From a virus (lineage: Duplodnaviria; Caudoviricetes), in IMG/VR virus record IMGVR_UViG_3300027749_000136, positions 1 to 55,504 of that record: a stretch of 55,504 bases of DNA; one strand, written 5' to 3'. Under the pieces are notes generated by a model. It ran no database searches. It was not told the origin of the DNA and saw nothing but the letters and a program-made list of their open reading frames with translations. Both the position numbers and the translations under genes were made by a program. Of the stretch, positions 39,861 to 48,900 are shown in pieces (positions within the stretch are counted from its first letter, which is position 1; every line of letters begins with the position of its first letter).

Positions 39861-40874
39861 TTGAGTAATCTTTTTAAGAAAGTTGCCTGCTTCACAGATA
39901 TTCACTTTGGATTGAAGTCTAATAGCAGTGTTCATAACCAGGACTGCGAAGACTTTGTAGACTGGTACATTGCTAAAGCCAAGGAGGAAGGGTGTGATAC
40001 AGGAATTTTTATGGGTGATTGGCATCACAATCGCAATAGTCTTAATATCACTACTATGGACTATAGCCTTAGGGCCTTGGAAAAGCTCGGTCAGGCGTTT
40101 GATCAATTTTACTTTTTCCCTGGTAATCATGATTTATATTACAAAGACAAACGGGATATACACTCTGTCGAGTTCGGAAAATATATTCCCGGTATCACAG
40201 TGGTACACGAACCGACTACCATTGGGGACGTTACACTCTGTCCGTGGCTTGTAGGCGACGAGTGGCGGGCAGTAGGCAAAAAAGGTGGCAAGTATATCTT
40301 TGGGCATTTTGAGTTGCCCAGCTTTTTTATGAACGCCATGGTACAAATGCCGGATCACGGTGAAATACAGTTAGACAGTTTTAAAAATTACGAACTAGGG
40401 TTTAGTGGGCATTTCCACAAACGCCAACAACAGCGTAATATGATCTACATTGGCAATGCATTTCCGCACAACTATGCAGACAACTGGGATGATGACCGTG
40501 GCATGATGATCCTTGAGTGGGGAGGTCAACCAGAATATCATAGTTGGCCTGCTCAACCTACATTCCGTACGATTAAGCTAAGTCAATTAATTGATGATGC
40601 TGACAAGATTATATTACCTAATCAACATTTAAGAGTTAGTTTAGATATTGATATAACTTACGAAGAAGCGAGTTTTATTAAAGAAGACTTTATGAACAAA
40701 TACAGTATTCGAGAACTAACTTTGATTCCTGAAAAGAAAGAAATAGAGATTAACACAACTATGGATATTCAATCATTTGAATCAGTTGATCAAATTGTTA
40801 GTAATCAGCTGGTTAGTATCGAAAGCGATACATATGATACAAAAATTCTATTGAGCATCTATAACAGCCTATGA
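39861..40874 (+). CDS. Recombination endonuclease subunit, gp47/Mre11/SbcD-like
   Basis: Phosphoesterase motifs DIHFG, GDWHH, GNHD, GHFE and SGHFH; TTG start with GGAG SD. Confidence 0.92.
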   Translation: MSNLFKKVACFTDIHFGLKSNSSVHNQDCEDFVDWYIAKAKEEGCDTGIFMGDWHHNRNSLNITTMDYSLRALEKLGQAFDQFYFFPGNHDLYYKDKRDIHSVEFGKYIPGITVVHEPTTIGDVTLCPWLVGDEWRAVGKKGGKYIFGHFELPSFFMNAMVQMPDHGEIQLDSFKNYELGFSGHFHKRQQQRNMIYIGNAFPHNYADNWDDDRGMMILEWGGQPEYHSWPAQPTFRTIKLSQLIDDADKIILPNQHLRVSLDIDITYEEASFIKEDFMNKYSIRELTLIPEKKEIEINTTMDIQSFESVDQIVSNQLVSIESDTYDTKILLSIYNSL

Positions 40875-42649
40875 TAAAAATTAAAGATTTAACGGTTAAG
40901 AACTTTATGAGCGTGGGCAATCAAACCCAGGCTGTTAACTTTGATAAAGAAAACCTAACACTGGTACTGGGTGAAAATCTAGATCAAGGTGGGGATGACA
41001 GCGGTTCACGCAACGGTACAGGTAAAACTACTATTGTTAATGCATTGAGCTTTGCCTTGTTTGGTAATGCTCTAACTAACATTAAAAAAGATAATCTTAT
41101 CAATAAGATTAACAATAAAAATATGTTAGTGACCTTGTCGTTTAACAAAGACGGTACTGATTATCGCATTGAGCGAGGTCGTAAACCGTCAATTATGAAA
41201 TTCTATGTTAATAATCAAGAGCAAAGTATAGAGTCAACTGACGATAGTCAGGGTGACATGCGTGAAACGCAGAAGGATATAGATGAACTATTGGGTATGA
41301 GTCACGACATGTTCAAGCATATTGTTGCACTTAACACCTATACAGAACCGTTTCTCAGCTTAAAAGCTAATGAGCAACGAGAAATCATTGAACAGTTGCT
41401 AGGTATAACTCTATTAAGTGAAAAAGCAGACGCACTCAAAGAACAAATTAGACAAACTAAAGAATCAATTTTTCAAGAGACTGCTGATATTGAAGCGGCT
41501 AAAAAGTCTAATGAAAAAATACAATTAAGCATAACTGGTCTAGAAACTAGACTATCGGCTTGGTACTCGCAACAGAAAACAGACTGTGAGAAAATTACAA
41601 AAAGTATTACAGAACTGCAAAGTGTCGATATTGAACGAGAATTAACACAGCATACTAAACTAAAGACCTACGTGGAGCAGGCTGCTAAAATTAAAAGTCT
41701 TAATAAAGAAAAAGCCACGCTTGAAACTGCTGTTATTCAAGCAGACAAGAGTGTTAACAAATACACTAAAGAAGTAGAACAGTTAAAAAATAAAACTTGT
41801 CCTGCTTGTGAACAAGAATTGCACAGTCATAAGCACGAAGAAATGACTGCTGGGGCTGAAAAGAATCTTGCAGATGCCTTAATTTACTTGCAGGGCGTTA
41901 GCGACAGCTATGCCAGCGTTATTCAAGAGTTAGATGTTATAGGCGATATCAACGGAAGACCAAAAACTTACTATGATACACTAGAACAGGCACTTAAACA
42001 TCAAAATAATCTTGCTAGTTTAGAAACTGCGTTGGCTACAAGACAACAAGAAACAGATCCTTATCAAGAACAGATTGACGACTTACGTAATACTGCTATT
42101 CAAGAAATAACTTGGGATAATATTAATGCGTTAACCGGCATGAAGGATCATCAAGAGTTCTTGTTAAAGTTATTAACCAACAAAGATAGTTTTATTCGTA
42201 AAAAGATCATAGATCAAAACCTTGCCTATTTGAATAACAGGCTAACGTACTATCTTGACAAAATGGGGTTGCCTCATCAAGTTAGCTTCTTAAACGATCT
42301 AAGCGTTGAGATAACACAATTAGGACAGGATCTAGACTTTGATAACTTGTCGCGTGGCGAGCGTAATCGTTTAATTCTAGGATTAAGCTGGAGTTTCCGC
42401 GATGTGTGGGAAAGTCTATATCAAAGCATTAACTTATTGTTTGTTGACGAACTTATTGACAACGGATTAGATGCCGCTGGCGTTGAAAATGCACTGAGCG
42501 TACTAAAGAAAATGGGCCGTGAACGTAAAAAGAACATTTTCTTAATATCGCATAAAGACGAACTTATTGGTCGTGTTAATAATGTGCTTAAAGTTATTAA
42601 AGAGAACGGATACACTAGCTATTCAAATGATATTGAAATAACAGAGTAA
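40871..42649 (+). CDS. Recombination ATPase, gp46/Rad50/SbcC-like
   Basis: Walker A NGTGKT, coiled coil with zinc hook CPAC, signature LSRGE, Walker B LLFVDE and H-loop ISH. Confidence 0.93.
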   Translation: MIKIKDLTVKNFMSVGNQTQAVNFDKENLTLVLGENLDQGGDDSGSRNGTGKTTIVNALSFALFGNALTNIKKDNLINKINNKNMLVTLSFNKDGTDYRIERGRKPSIMKFYVNNQEQSIESTDDSQGDMRETQKDIDELLGMSHDMFKHIVALNTYTEPFLSLKANEQREIIEQLLGITLLSEKADALKEQIRQTKESIFQETADIEAAKKSNEKIQLSITGLETRLSAWYSQQKTDCEKITKSITELQSVDIERELTQHTKLKTYVEQAAKIKSLNKEKATLETAVIQADKSVNKYTKEVEQLKNKTCPACEQELHSHKHEEMTAGAEKNLADALIYLQGVSDSYASVIQELDVIGDINGRPKTYYDTLEQALKHQNNLASLETALATRQQETDPYQEQIDDLRNTAIQEITWDNINALTGMKDHQEFLLKLLTNKDSFIRKKIIDQNLAYLNNRLTYYLDKMGLPHQVSFLNDLSVEITQLGQDLDFDNLSRGERNRLILGLSWSFRDVWESLYQSINLLFVDELIDNGLDAAGVENALSVLKKMGRERKKNIFLISHKDELIGRVNNVLKVIKENGYTSYSNDIEITE

Positions 42650-42909
42650 TGATTGAAGAACTTCACGATAAGTTAATGAAGGAGTTTCGAAGTTATTTCG
42701 AAAACTACACAGACTGGGCAACTAACGAAACTCATGCTGCTGGTAAACGTACACGGACTAACTTATCAGAAATTAGACACATAGTCTTAAAAATGAGGCA
42801 AGAAATACTAGAAACCCGCAGGCTTAAACCCAAAATTAAATCACCAAAATACAAAGCAGAGCAACTAGCTCAGAAACAACAGGCACAAGACGACTCAAAC
42901 ACTAACTAG
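42649..42909 (+). CDS. Small basic protein, histone H1-like Hc1 family-like
   Basis: HAAGKRTRTNLSEIRHIVLKMRQEI resembles the KAAGTRARKxLxExxK motif of Hc1-like proteins. Confidence 0.5.
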   Translation: MIEELHDKLMKEFRSYFENYTDWATNETHAAGKRTRTNLSEIRHIVLKMRQEILETRRLKPKIKSPKYKAEQLAQKQQAQDDSNTN

Positions 42910-42912
42910 TTG

Positions 42913-43350
42913 ATGTCATGGTATTATCAAGAAACTTTAATTGAAACCCTTCCAGAAGAATGTATAGGTTTCGTCTATTGTATCACTAATAACATCACTG
43001 GTCGCAAATATATAGGCAAGAAACTAGCAAAATTCTCCAAAACTACTTACAAAACAGTAAAACAAAAAAACGGCATAAAGAAGAAAAAGAAGATTCGTTC
43101 TAAAATTGATTCTGACTGGCGTGAATACTATGGCTCAAGCGACCATCTAACAAAAGATATAGAAACTCTAGGCGCAGAGAATTTCAAAAGAGAAATACTT
43201 TACTACTGCACATCAAAGGCTGAATGCTCATACATAGAGGCAAGAGAACAATTTACAAGACGTGTTCTCGAAAGTGACGACTACTACAACGGACAGATAT
43301 CTGTTCGTGTACACGGAAGTCACATTAAAGGCAAACAACTAAACGGTTAA
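42913..43350 (+). CDS. Stand-alone GIY-YIG family nuclease with Lys-rich insert
   Basis: GFVY-x10-YIG (GFVYCITNNITGRKYIGKK), YYGSS, conserved Glu helix (SYIEAREQ) and YYN. No C-terminal DNA-binding repeats. Confidence 0.75.
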   Translation: MSWYYQETLIETLPEECIGFVYCITNNITGRKYIGKKLAKFSKTTYKTVKQKNGIKKKKKIRSKIDSDWREYYGSSDHLTKDIETLGAENFKREILYYCTSKAECSYIEAREQFTRRVLESDDYYNGQISVRVHGSHIKGKQLNG

Positions 43351-43790
43351 AGCTCGCACAGGCTAATTTCGTGTGCCGAACAGAAGAAACCTGGACCTAG
43401 TGTCGCAGGGATCCGTAGACTCTTGCCGTTAAGAGCACTCAATCACTATCCTTAACAGGACGAGGATCGCAAAGCTGCCGCGGTTTGATTGTTTAAAGGA
43501 AATACAGGCAAAAAGAGGGAGAAATACCCACGTTTGCAAGCATGTTAGCGTATGTTTGTAGACCGCCGTCATATAAAGACACAGCTCGAGGTACCGGATG
43601 ACCGCCTCTGTAATGCTGTAACGCTAAGTGATAAAGGTGCAACTCAGATAATGTTGATTTTATTTCTTTGCCCGCAAGGGCAAAGTGTGACTGAACAATC
43701 TAGATAATATTTAAATGCTTCGCATTAATCATTATTAAGTAAAAAAAAATAGTTCGAGCGCAAGCGAAGAACAGATGTACGCAGTACATC
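43351..43790 (+). ncRNA. Candidate large structured non-coding RNA (family not recognised)
   Basis: No listed ORF in 460 nt of an otherwise gene-dense genome; at least 10 stems, G-U pairs valid on the + strand, a GNRA loop, and a 7-bp loop-to-downstream complement (TTAGCGT 43545-43551 / ACGCTAA 43621-43627). Confidence 0.7.
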
Positions 43791-43796
43791 ATTAAC

Positions 43797-43802
43797 TAAA
43801 TA
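43797..43802 (+). promoter_or_regulatory. Late promoter TAAATA
   Basis: CTAAATA, 7 nt before ATG 43810, with no SD. Confidence 0.65.
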
Positions 43803-43809
43803 TAATACT

Positions 43810-44859
43810 ATGAAAGTTTATCAAATTATTAAGGAAGACTACGACTTTAGAGTAGGTGATAGCCCTGCTTCAGCAGCAACTGATGTTGTAAAAAGTGCTG
43901 GATCTGCTGTAAAAGATGTTGCTGGATCTGCAGGTACTAGTTTCTCTAACTTTTACAAAGAACTAGGAATAGATACAAAAACTTTAGTAGTAGGTAGTGT
44001 TGCCGCTGGTATAACTGTAGCTGGCCTAAGTAAAATTGCTTCTAAGTATTCTGAGAAGTATGCAACATCGATAGAAAAAAACGGCAAGATAATGAAGTTG
44101 TATGGCGCATGGGGTAAAGTGTTTACCGTTATTGGCTTAGCAATTGCAATATCACAACTATATGCCGAACTAGCAGTAGTAGAAGCTATGTATGTACAAG
44201 GTAAATTGCCTGGAGACGACGGCGGTGCTGAAATGCTACAACAGCACCGCGAGTTTGCATTTGGAGTATTTCAAGTTCAAATATTAACTCCGCTGATAGT
44301 AAAATTACTTAGCCGAGTCATTGGAGCAACTACTTTAATAAAATGGTTTATTCGAGCACTAGGTGGAGTTAGTGTTTTTGCTAGTATGGGTGCAAGCATT
44401 GTGGCAATTGCTGCATCTGAAGCATTTACACGTTGGCTACAAGCATGGTTAGGGTCTGGTCCAGGAAAAGACTTTATTGCAAAATATATATTTGACGTTA
44501 TACGTTTTACAGGTAAACCATTAGAATCGTTCTGGAGCGATATTATGGGATTCTATAAAGGTGCTGATGTTAAGAAATACGGCAGCGAAGAAGGCGCCAA
44601 AAAAGCCAGTGCTGAAAGAGAAAAGAAGAAACAAGATAATGATACTGGTGTAGGAAGCCTGTCAGGTAAAACTGCAAAAACTGGACAAGTTAACGGGATT
44701 GTAGTGACTGATGCACAAGGATACTTGTTGCCGGCATTAAAACTAATGGCTGATCAAGAACTACAGCAAGCTCGTCGTGATGCAATTAAAGCAGGTACAC
44801 CGGACCCATTAGCTAAATTTCCTATACGTCCCGGACAAAAGCTACCTGAAATTATTTAA
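43810..44859 (+). CDS. Late hydrophobic protein, candidate internal/ejected virion protein
   Basis: Several hydrophobic helices; the N-terminus MKVYQIIKE resembles the T4 capsid-targeting sequence. Confidence 0.65.
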   Translation: MKVYQIIKEDYDFRVGDSPASAATDVVKSAGSAVKDVAGSAGTSFSNFYKELGIDTKTLVVGSVAAGITVAGLSKIASKYSEKYATSIEKNGKIMKLYGAWGKVFTVIGLAIAISQLYAELAVVEAMYVQGKLPGDDGGAEMLQQHREFAFGVFQVQILTPLIVKLLSRVIGATTLIKWFIRALGGVSVFASMGASIVAIAASEAFTRWLQAWLGSGPGKDFIAKYIFDVIRFTGKPLESFWSDIMGFYKGADVKKYGSEEGAKKASAEREKKKQDNDTGVGSLSGKTAKTGQVNGIVVTDAQGYLLPALKLMADQELQQARRDAIKAGTPDPLAKFPIRPGQKLPEII

Positions 44860-45098
44860 ATTATAGGCATACCACTTTTCTTAGTAGTTTCAATATTTTC
44901 TTTAATAATTTCGTTGATCAACATTCTATCTTCATACGAATAAATGTGGAAGAGATCTTGACTAGATACTCCTCCTCGCATGTACCAACTTAGTCGAAAA
45001 ATTTCATCTTTTATGCCTTTGGCTTCTTGCGAGAGGTAGTCGACATACTTCTCAATTTCAGAATTTGAAAGTCGCAGAAGCCTTATGCGAAAAAATTT
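44856..45098 (-). CDS. Startless reading frame (gp51-like position), probably translated by -1 frameshift from the gp26-like gene
   Basis: KFFRIRLLRLSNSEIEKYVDYLSQEAKGIKDEIFRLSWYMRGGVSSQDLFHIYSYEDRMLINEIIKENIETTKKSGMPII*. Absent from the ORF track; no ATG/GTG/TTG before 44981. Confidence 0.7.
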   Translation of the reverse strand, partial: KFFRIRLLRLSNSEIEKYVDYLSQEAKGIKDEIFRLSWYMRGGVSSQDLFHIYSYEDRMLINEIIKENIETTKKSGMPII

Positions 45099-45907
45099 GC
45101 TTGATCCAGTGTCACGGTCACAGTACTTTCAGTACCACAGCTAGCGCATTTAACTGGTTGACTTGGAATATTCCAAGCTTCTTTATTTTCTTCTAACTTA
45201 GTTTTAACTAGTTTGTAAGTGTCTCTGTCAGCATTACGCATCCATTCTTCAATAAATTGTTTTTCTGTGACAGTTTGTCCGTCAACTTGTACACTTTCAA
45301 CTGCTGTTAAAAATAATTGTAGCTGTAGTTCTGACAAGTCTTTATAAATCTGATCGATAGTCTGTTGTTTTTCTTCTTCTTTTAACTCAGCACTTTGATA
45401 TAAAGTCTTTTGTAATTTAAAATTTTCTATACTAAAATAATTCATTTCTTCGTACTGTAAAGGACGGATTCTAATAGTTAATGATTCATCTACTGGTATA
45501 GTATTAATGAATTTTAAATTATTAAAGTAATCTAACAGTTTGCCTAACTCAACATCGTAATCATTTTCTGTAGCACAATTACCGCAAGTTTGAGTCACCC
45601 CCATTTTATCGCCAAATGTTGCAATTCTAATAGCAATAAGAATAGCATCAATATCAATACCTGGCATATGTTTAGCATTTTTAATGTACGGACAGCACGA
45701 TTCAATAACTTTAGCTGTAGACTCACCTGTAAATAAGGCATCAGGAGTCTTCATAATGATTTCATCCATACCACTCATGGCAAACACGGGTACATTATTA
45801 TAATCCCCCTGTAATGATCCGGGCTCGTAATACAACCCTTTGCTAGGCAATGAAATAAACACTTTTGGTTGTCTAAAGTATTTTTGTAATGGGTTAAGTT
45901 GGCTCAT
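45083..45907 (-). CDS. Baseplate hub assembly protein, T4 gp26-like
   Basis: ISLPSKG..Y, DIDAILIAIRIAT.G, two CxxC pairs (CGNC, CASC) and C-terminal NFF. The real start is ATG 45907 (MSQLNPL), downstream of TAAATA. Confidence 0.75.
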   Translation of the reverse strand: MSQLNPLQKYFRQPKVFISLPSKGLYYEPGSLQGDYNNVPVFAMSGMDEIIMKTPDALFTGESTAKVIESCCPYIKNAKHMPGIDIDAILIAIRIATFGDKMGVTQTCGNCATENDYDVELGKLLDYFNNLKFINTIPVDESLTIRIRPLQYEEMNYFSIENFKLQKTLYQSAELKEEEKQQTIDQIYKDLSELQLQLFLTAVESVQVDGQTVTEKQFIEEWMRNADRDTYKLVKTKLEENKEAWNIPSQPVKCASCGTESTVTVTLDQANFFA

Positions 45908-45919
45908 AATTAGTTCCGA

Positions 45920-45939
45920 TAAATATATTATCGTATTTA
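45920..45939. promoter_or_regulatory. Overlapping divergent late promoters
   Basis: TAAATA on + (45920-45925) and on - (45939-45934), between the gp26-like and tape-measure-like genes. Confidence 0.7.
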
Positions 45940-45966
45940 TATGCGCAGATTTCACTAGGAAAAATA

Positions 45967-48900
45967 ATGGCAGAAGAAATTGATTATAAAAAATTAGCCG
46001 AAGCGCAGGCAATAGCTAATGCCAAATATCTAAAACAGGGGGGTAGTGGCGGGGGCGGCAAAGGTACCGGAATGGGTGCTATTGACGTAGGTGTTGACAC
46101 GTTTAAAAAAGCAATTGATCCTTTTGGATCTGCTATAGGTGTGGCGGGTAAAGGAGTCTCAGCACTATCTGATGCACTCAATGAAGGCAAAGATGCATGG
46201 CGCGATCTAAGTAAATCTGGCGCAGGTTTTAATAACGACATTATAGGTATGACCGTTGCCGCAGCCGGCTCACGTTTACCATTACGAGAATTTGCAGGAG
46301 TTATAAAAGACAACACAGACATACTAGGACAACTAGGTGGAAGTGTAACTAGAGGTGCAGAATCTTTTGCTAAGATGAGCAAAGGTTTCTTTGAAAGCGG
46401 AGCCACTGACAGTTTAAAACAATTAGGCTATACAAATAAAGATCTAAATGAAGTATTGGCTTTACAAGCAGTTACACTTCGCGGCAAGTTTAAAGACGAT
46501 CAGCAACGTGATGCAGTAGCATATGAAAGTGCTACTAAGCTAGCAACTGAAATGGACTTGATGGCCAAACTAACTGGCAAGAGTCGTGAAGCTCAAATGG
46601 AGCAGATGAAAAAGAATCAAATGGACATGCAGTTTGAAGCTGCCATTAGGTTAAAAACTGCTGGAATGAGTGCAGAAGAGGCTGCTAAGTTTGAAGCTAA
46701 TGCTAGGATGCAGTTAAAAGATGCACAGCTACGCGGCTCAGGTGATATGTTTAAAGAAGTATTTGCCACAGGGCAGATAATGAGCAAAGAAGCGGCAATG
46801 CAAGCAGCCGTTAATCAAGAACAAGCTGAAGCTACAATGAAGCAAGCTAGGGCTAGTGCAATTGGTGATGAGAACGCTGCTAATGCTGCTAACAGAGAAG
46901 CACAACGAGCAGCGGTAGCCGATGCAAATAATACTACTAAATTAGGTATGGTAGCATTAGGTGCTGCTGGCGGTGCCGCAGGTAAAGCACTTACTGACTC
47001 TATGGGTGCTCAAATAACTTATACTAAGAGTTTAGAAGCTACTGCTGTTGCTAATGGATACGATTTAAAAACAAAAGAAGGCCTTGCTAAAGCTCAAGAA
47101 AAAATGGAAGAAGAGGCTAAGAAAGCCCAATCAGGACAAGATAAAGATGGCAAGCAAGTAGATGGAGTGACAAAAGCTGCAGTGACTCTTGAAAATACTG
47201 TTGATAAAGTACGTGCAGGATTAACAGCTGGATTATTAGAACCATTAAACAAAGAAGTTGGCCCTAAGCTAGGAGAATTTGCAAAAAATGTAGATGCAAT
47301 GAATAAAAACTTTGGCGGCAGTGGTAAAGATACTAGTAGAGCTATTGAAGATTCAACTAAGAAAGGTTTTGCAGGAGGAGTTAGCGATAAAACTACTAAC
47401 AGGTATGAACGAGAACCTGGTGCAGGTGGTCCATTAGGTATTGCAGAAAGTGTAGGTGGCTTAGCCGGAGGTGGAACTAGATTATTAACTGGTGGGATTG
47501 ATAAAGTAAATCAATACATGGAGCCTAAAAAACGCCAAGGCGGTTCTATGGATATGACTGGCGGTATGTTTGAAAATTGGGGCAAGGGCGAAATGGTTGA
47601 GTTGCATGGCATGGAAGGTGTTATGCGTCCACAAGATATTGAAAAGATTGTTGAAACTTCACTGGGTGGAGCTAAAAAATCTTTAAGTTCTGCTAGTGCA
47701 GGTGATATTAGCAAATCTATAAGCAATATGCCGATGCCTAAATTTGAAATGCCTAAATTTGAAATGCCTAAGATGGAAATGCCTAAGATGCCTAAGATGG
47801 AAATGCCTAAGATGGAAATGCCTAAGATGGAAATGCCTAAGATGGAAATGCCTAATCTAACTGCTGGTGGTGGAATTGGCGGAGGCATGGGGGGTCTTGA
47901 TTTAAGCAGCATAACTAAAAATCTCAATACATCTTTTAGTAGTTTAACATCTGGTATTAAATTACCAGACATGAAAGAATTATCAATGCCTTTTAGTTCT
48001 GCATTTAAAGATTTTAATCTAAGTTTCAGTTCAATAACCAAAGACGGTGCAGAAAAGATTGCAAAGACTCCTATCCCTAAAGAACCGTTTGACGAGTTTG
48101 GCAGCAACTTTGACGAAGTAGTTGCTAAGATGGCTGCTGATGTATCCGATGCAATGCCATTAGATGCAATGGATCAAAATGCCGCTGCTTTAGAGTATGC
48201 ATCAAAACGTAGAGCAGAACTTGAACAGCTAATGTCAGATGGCCAAGCAAGGACTGGTAAAGAATGGGATGAAATTTTTGACGAAGCAGAGCAACTAGAT
48301 GGTCAAATTGACAAGTTAGTCACAAAGCAGATAGAAGCAATGACCAACTACAGCGATGGTTGGGATGAATCTGGCAACATGATGGATAAAATCAATAGTG
48401 ATATTGTAGAAGCTGTTGGCGGATCTAAATCTAAAATTGCACAAGATAAAATTGATGCTGCGATTGAAGAAAAGAAAAAAGCAAATGAAACTATAGCGTT
48501 TATGCTTAATAACATTGCAGACGAGGACTGGGACGATGAAGCTCAAGCTGCATGGGACGAGGCAATTGATCGTAGAGATGCTGCAAAAGAAAAGTTAGAT
48601 AAAGTTATAGAAGAGTCAATTGGCGATCTAGCAGACGGATTTGATGACTTTGGCGACGGGTGGAATGATTCTGTTGACAAAATCACAGCTGACATAGCTG
48701 ACTCTTTACCAGTAGATACTGAGTTTGGGGATCTTGACGGTGCAATAGCTAAACAAGCATCTATGCAAGATAATGAGTTTGGTGATCTTGACGGAGCAAT
48801 AGCAAGAAACAAACAAGATGATGAAGCTAAATCAGAACTTGCAAGAGAAAGCAAACGCGGTGCAATGAAAGATGTAGTAGCCGGGTCTAGCCCAACTGCT

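Noticed and set aside
42913-43350. Mobile intron-encoded homing endonuclease
   Set aside because: It does not interrupt a gene and lacks the C-terminal DNA-binding domains typical of Seg/I-TevI enzymes.
43351-43710. RNase P RNA, group I/II intron or tmRNA identity for the structured region
   Set aside because: Short RNase P-like words occur (GAAGAAACCTGG, TAAGAGC, GTGCAAC, AGATAATG), but the order is wrong and there is no proper GAGGAAAGUCC/P4 pairing. I found no group I R/S elements, no group II domain V and no tmRNA ends, and the flanking genes are not interrupted.
45908-46012. N-terminal extension of the gp26-like ORF in the track (similarly 583-642, 1655-1795 and 2883-2912)
   Set aside because: The extensions overlap promoters or neighbouring genes; downstream ATGs fit SD and promoter positions better.
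47734-47855. CRISPR-like or guide array
   Set aside because: These are contiguous tandem units without spacers, in frame within a CDS, and no cas genes are present.
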